NCBI GenBank assembly: GCA_964291235.2
Contig: OZ219815.1
Span: 128,001-192,000, forward strand
Source: Vicinamibacteria bacterium
Lineage (GTDB): Bacteria; Acidobacteriota; Vicinamibacteria; Marinacidobacterales; Marinacidobacteraceae
Direction of reading: 5' to 3'
DNA: 64,000 bases
Within the stretch, counting starts at the first letter, position 1, and every line of letters begins with the position of its first letter. This document shows, in pieces, positions 63,197-64,000 of this stretch. The position numbers were made by a program, and so were the translations under genes. The notes below the pieces were generated by a model. The model saw only the letters and a program-made list of their open reading frames with translations. It did not search any database and was not told the origin of the DNA.

Positions 63197-64000
63197 TTAT
63201 CCGGGGACCCGGACGAACCGGGTCTCTCCGAAGGACAGGCCGGCTGGCCTGCCGGCCGGGTCGAGCTGGAACGTGATCAGCACTTCGCCGCGCCAGCGGG
63301 CGTCCCACGCGACCCGGAAGGTCTCGTGGCTCCAGTGGGTCAACGGCCCCCGGAGGCCCGGGCCGTACTCGAGGCGAAGCCCCTCGTCCCCGGCCCGGAC
63401 CACGATTTCACCGCCAACCTCGTGCCGGTAGGTTCCCGCGTACCCGGACGGCGCCAGGTGTGGGGTGGTGTTTTCCGTCCGCGTTTCCCGAAGGGCGGCG
63501 AGCGCCTTTTCCTGCGCTTCGGCAAGACCGTCATAGAGCGTCTTCAATTCCGAACTCCAATCGCGGACAGGCTTTCCGAGCAGGGCATCGAGACCCCGCA
63601 GCAGGAGGGCGTGCCGGACCTCCACATGGTCCCGGTTTCCAAGGACATAGACGCCGATTCCCTCGTCCCGGATCAGGCCCGCGATGGCCACCATTCCGTC
63701 GATGCTTCCGGTGTGGAAATCGAGAGCCTCTCCATCGTAATCCTGCTGGAACCAGCCGAGGCCGTAGGTGACCCACTTCGGCTTCGTCAGTTGCTGGGTC
63801 GGATAGAACCCGGCCCGGTCCACGAGCGATTGCGGGCGGAACATCTCCTCGACGACCGCCTCGCTGAGGATGCGCGTTCCGTCAGCAGCCACTCCGGACG
63901 CGAGGAGCATCCGCAGCCAGAGCGACATCTCACGGGCCGAACTCCACACCGAACCCGCTGCGGCCACCGAGTCCACCGGAGCGTTCTCGATCACCACTGT
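63197..64000 (-). CDS. Serine hydrolase (beta-lactamase family) with DUF3471-like C-terminus, 5'-truncated by window edge
   Basis: AAGSVWSSAREM..W, YGLGW, HTGSIDG, GVYVLGN, YAGTY, L.HW...F. Confidence 0.88.
   Translation of the reverse strand, partial: TVVIENAPVDSVAAAGSVWSSAREMSLWLRMLLASGVAADGTRILSEAVVEEMFRPQSLVDRAGFYPTQQLTKPKWVTYGLGWFQQDYDGEALDFHTGSIDGMVAIAGLIRDEGIGVYVLGNRDHVEVRHALLLRGLDALLGKPVRDWSSELKTLYDGLAEAQEKALAALRETRTENTTPHLAPSGYAGTYRHEVGGEIVVRAGDEGLRLEYGPGLRGPLTHWSHETFRVAWDARWRGEVLITFQLDPAGRPAGLSFGETRFVRVPG

Noticed and set aside
1-64000. tRNA/rRNA genes, prophage, transposases, anti-phage defence systems
   Set aside because: None recognisable by eye; short RNAs could be missed without tRNAscan-SE or Infernal.

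Overview
High-GC bacterial chromosomal window, most likely from an Acidobacterium. This is inferred from three tandem acidobacterial-type VWA genes and many secreted DUF5916/CBM9/TPR proteins; a host-associated lifestyle is possible but unproven. Most of the window is housekeeping or general metabolism: metX (partial), metY, mnmA, a CCA-type nucleotidyltransferase, sixA, an RsbU-like phosphatase, phhA, rnd, a DAACS symporter, ccdA/cytochrome c/TlpA, comM, an M23 peptidase, secA, guaB, ggt, cutA and a heme oxygenase. The standout is a ~12 kb cassette (39170-51017) that looks like a sterol-tailoring and transport system. It encodes an ERG6/SMT-type sterol C-24 methyltransferase with an altered Region I, a Neverland/DAF-36/KshA-type Rieske enzyme, a GOLPH3/GPP34-cytochrome P450 fusion with no I-helix acid-alcohol pair, and an FAD oxidoreductase, all interleaved with a complete TolC-MFP-RND pump. 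No sterol-synthesis genes are present in the window. Other observations: three families of palindromic intergenic repeats (one amplified into tandem arrays, not CRISPR), a proline-racemase-family enzyme with Gly in place of its second catalytic Cys, a homopolymer-frameshifted NhaC-family gene, and a 52-aa membrane protein missing from the ORF track. All calls come from motif recognition by eye; no database searches were run.
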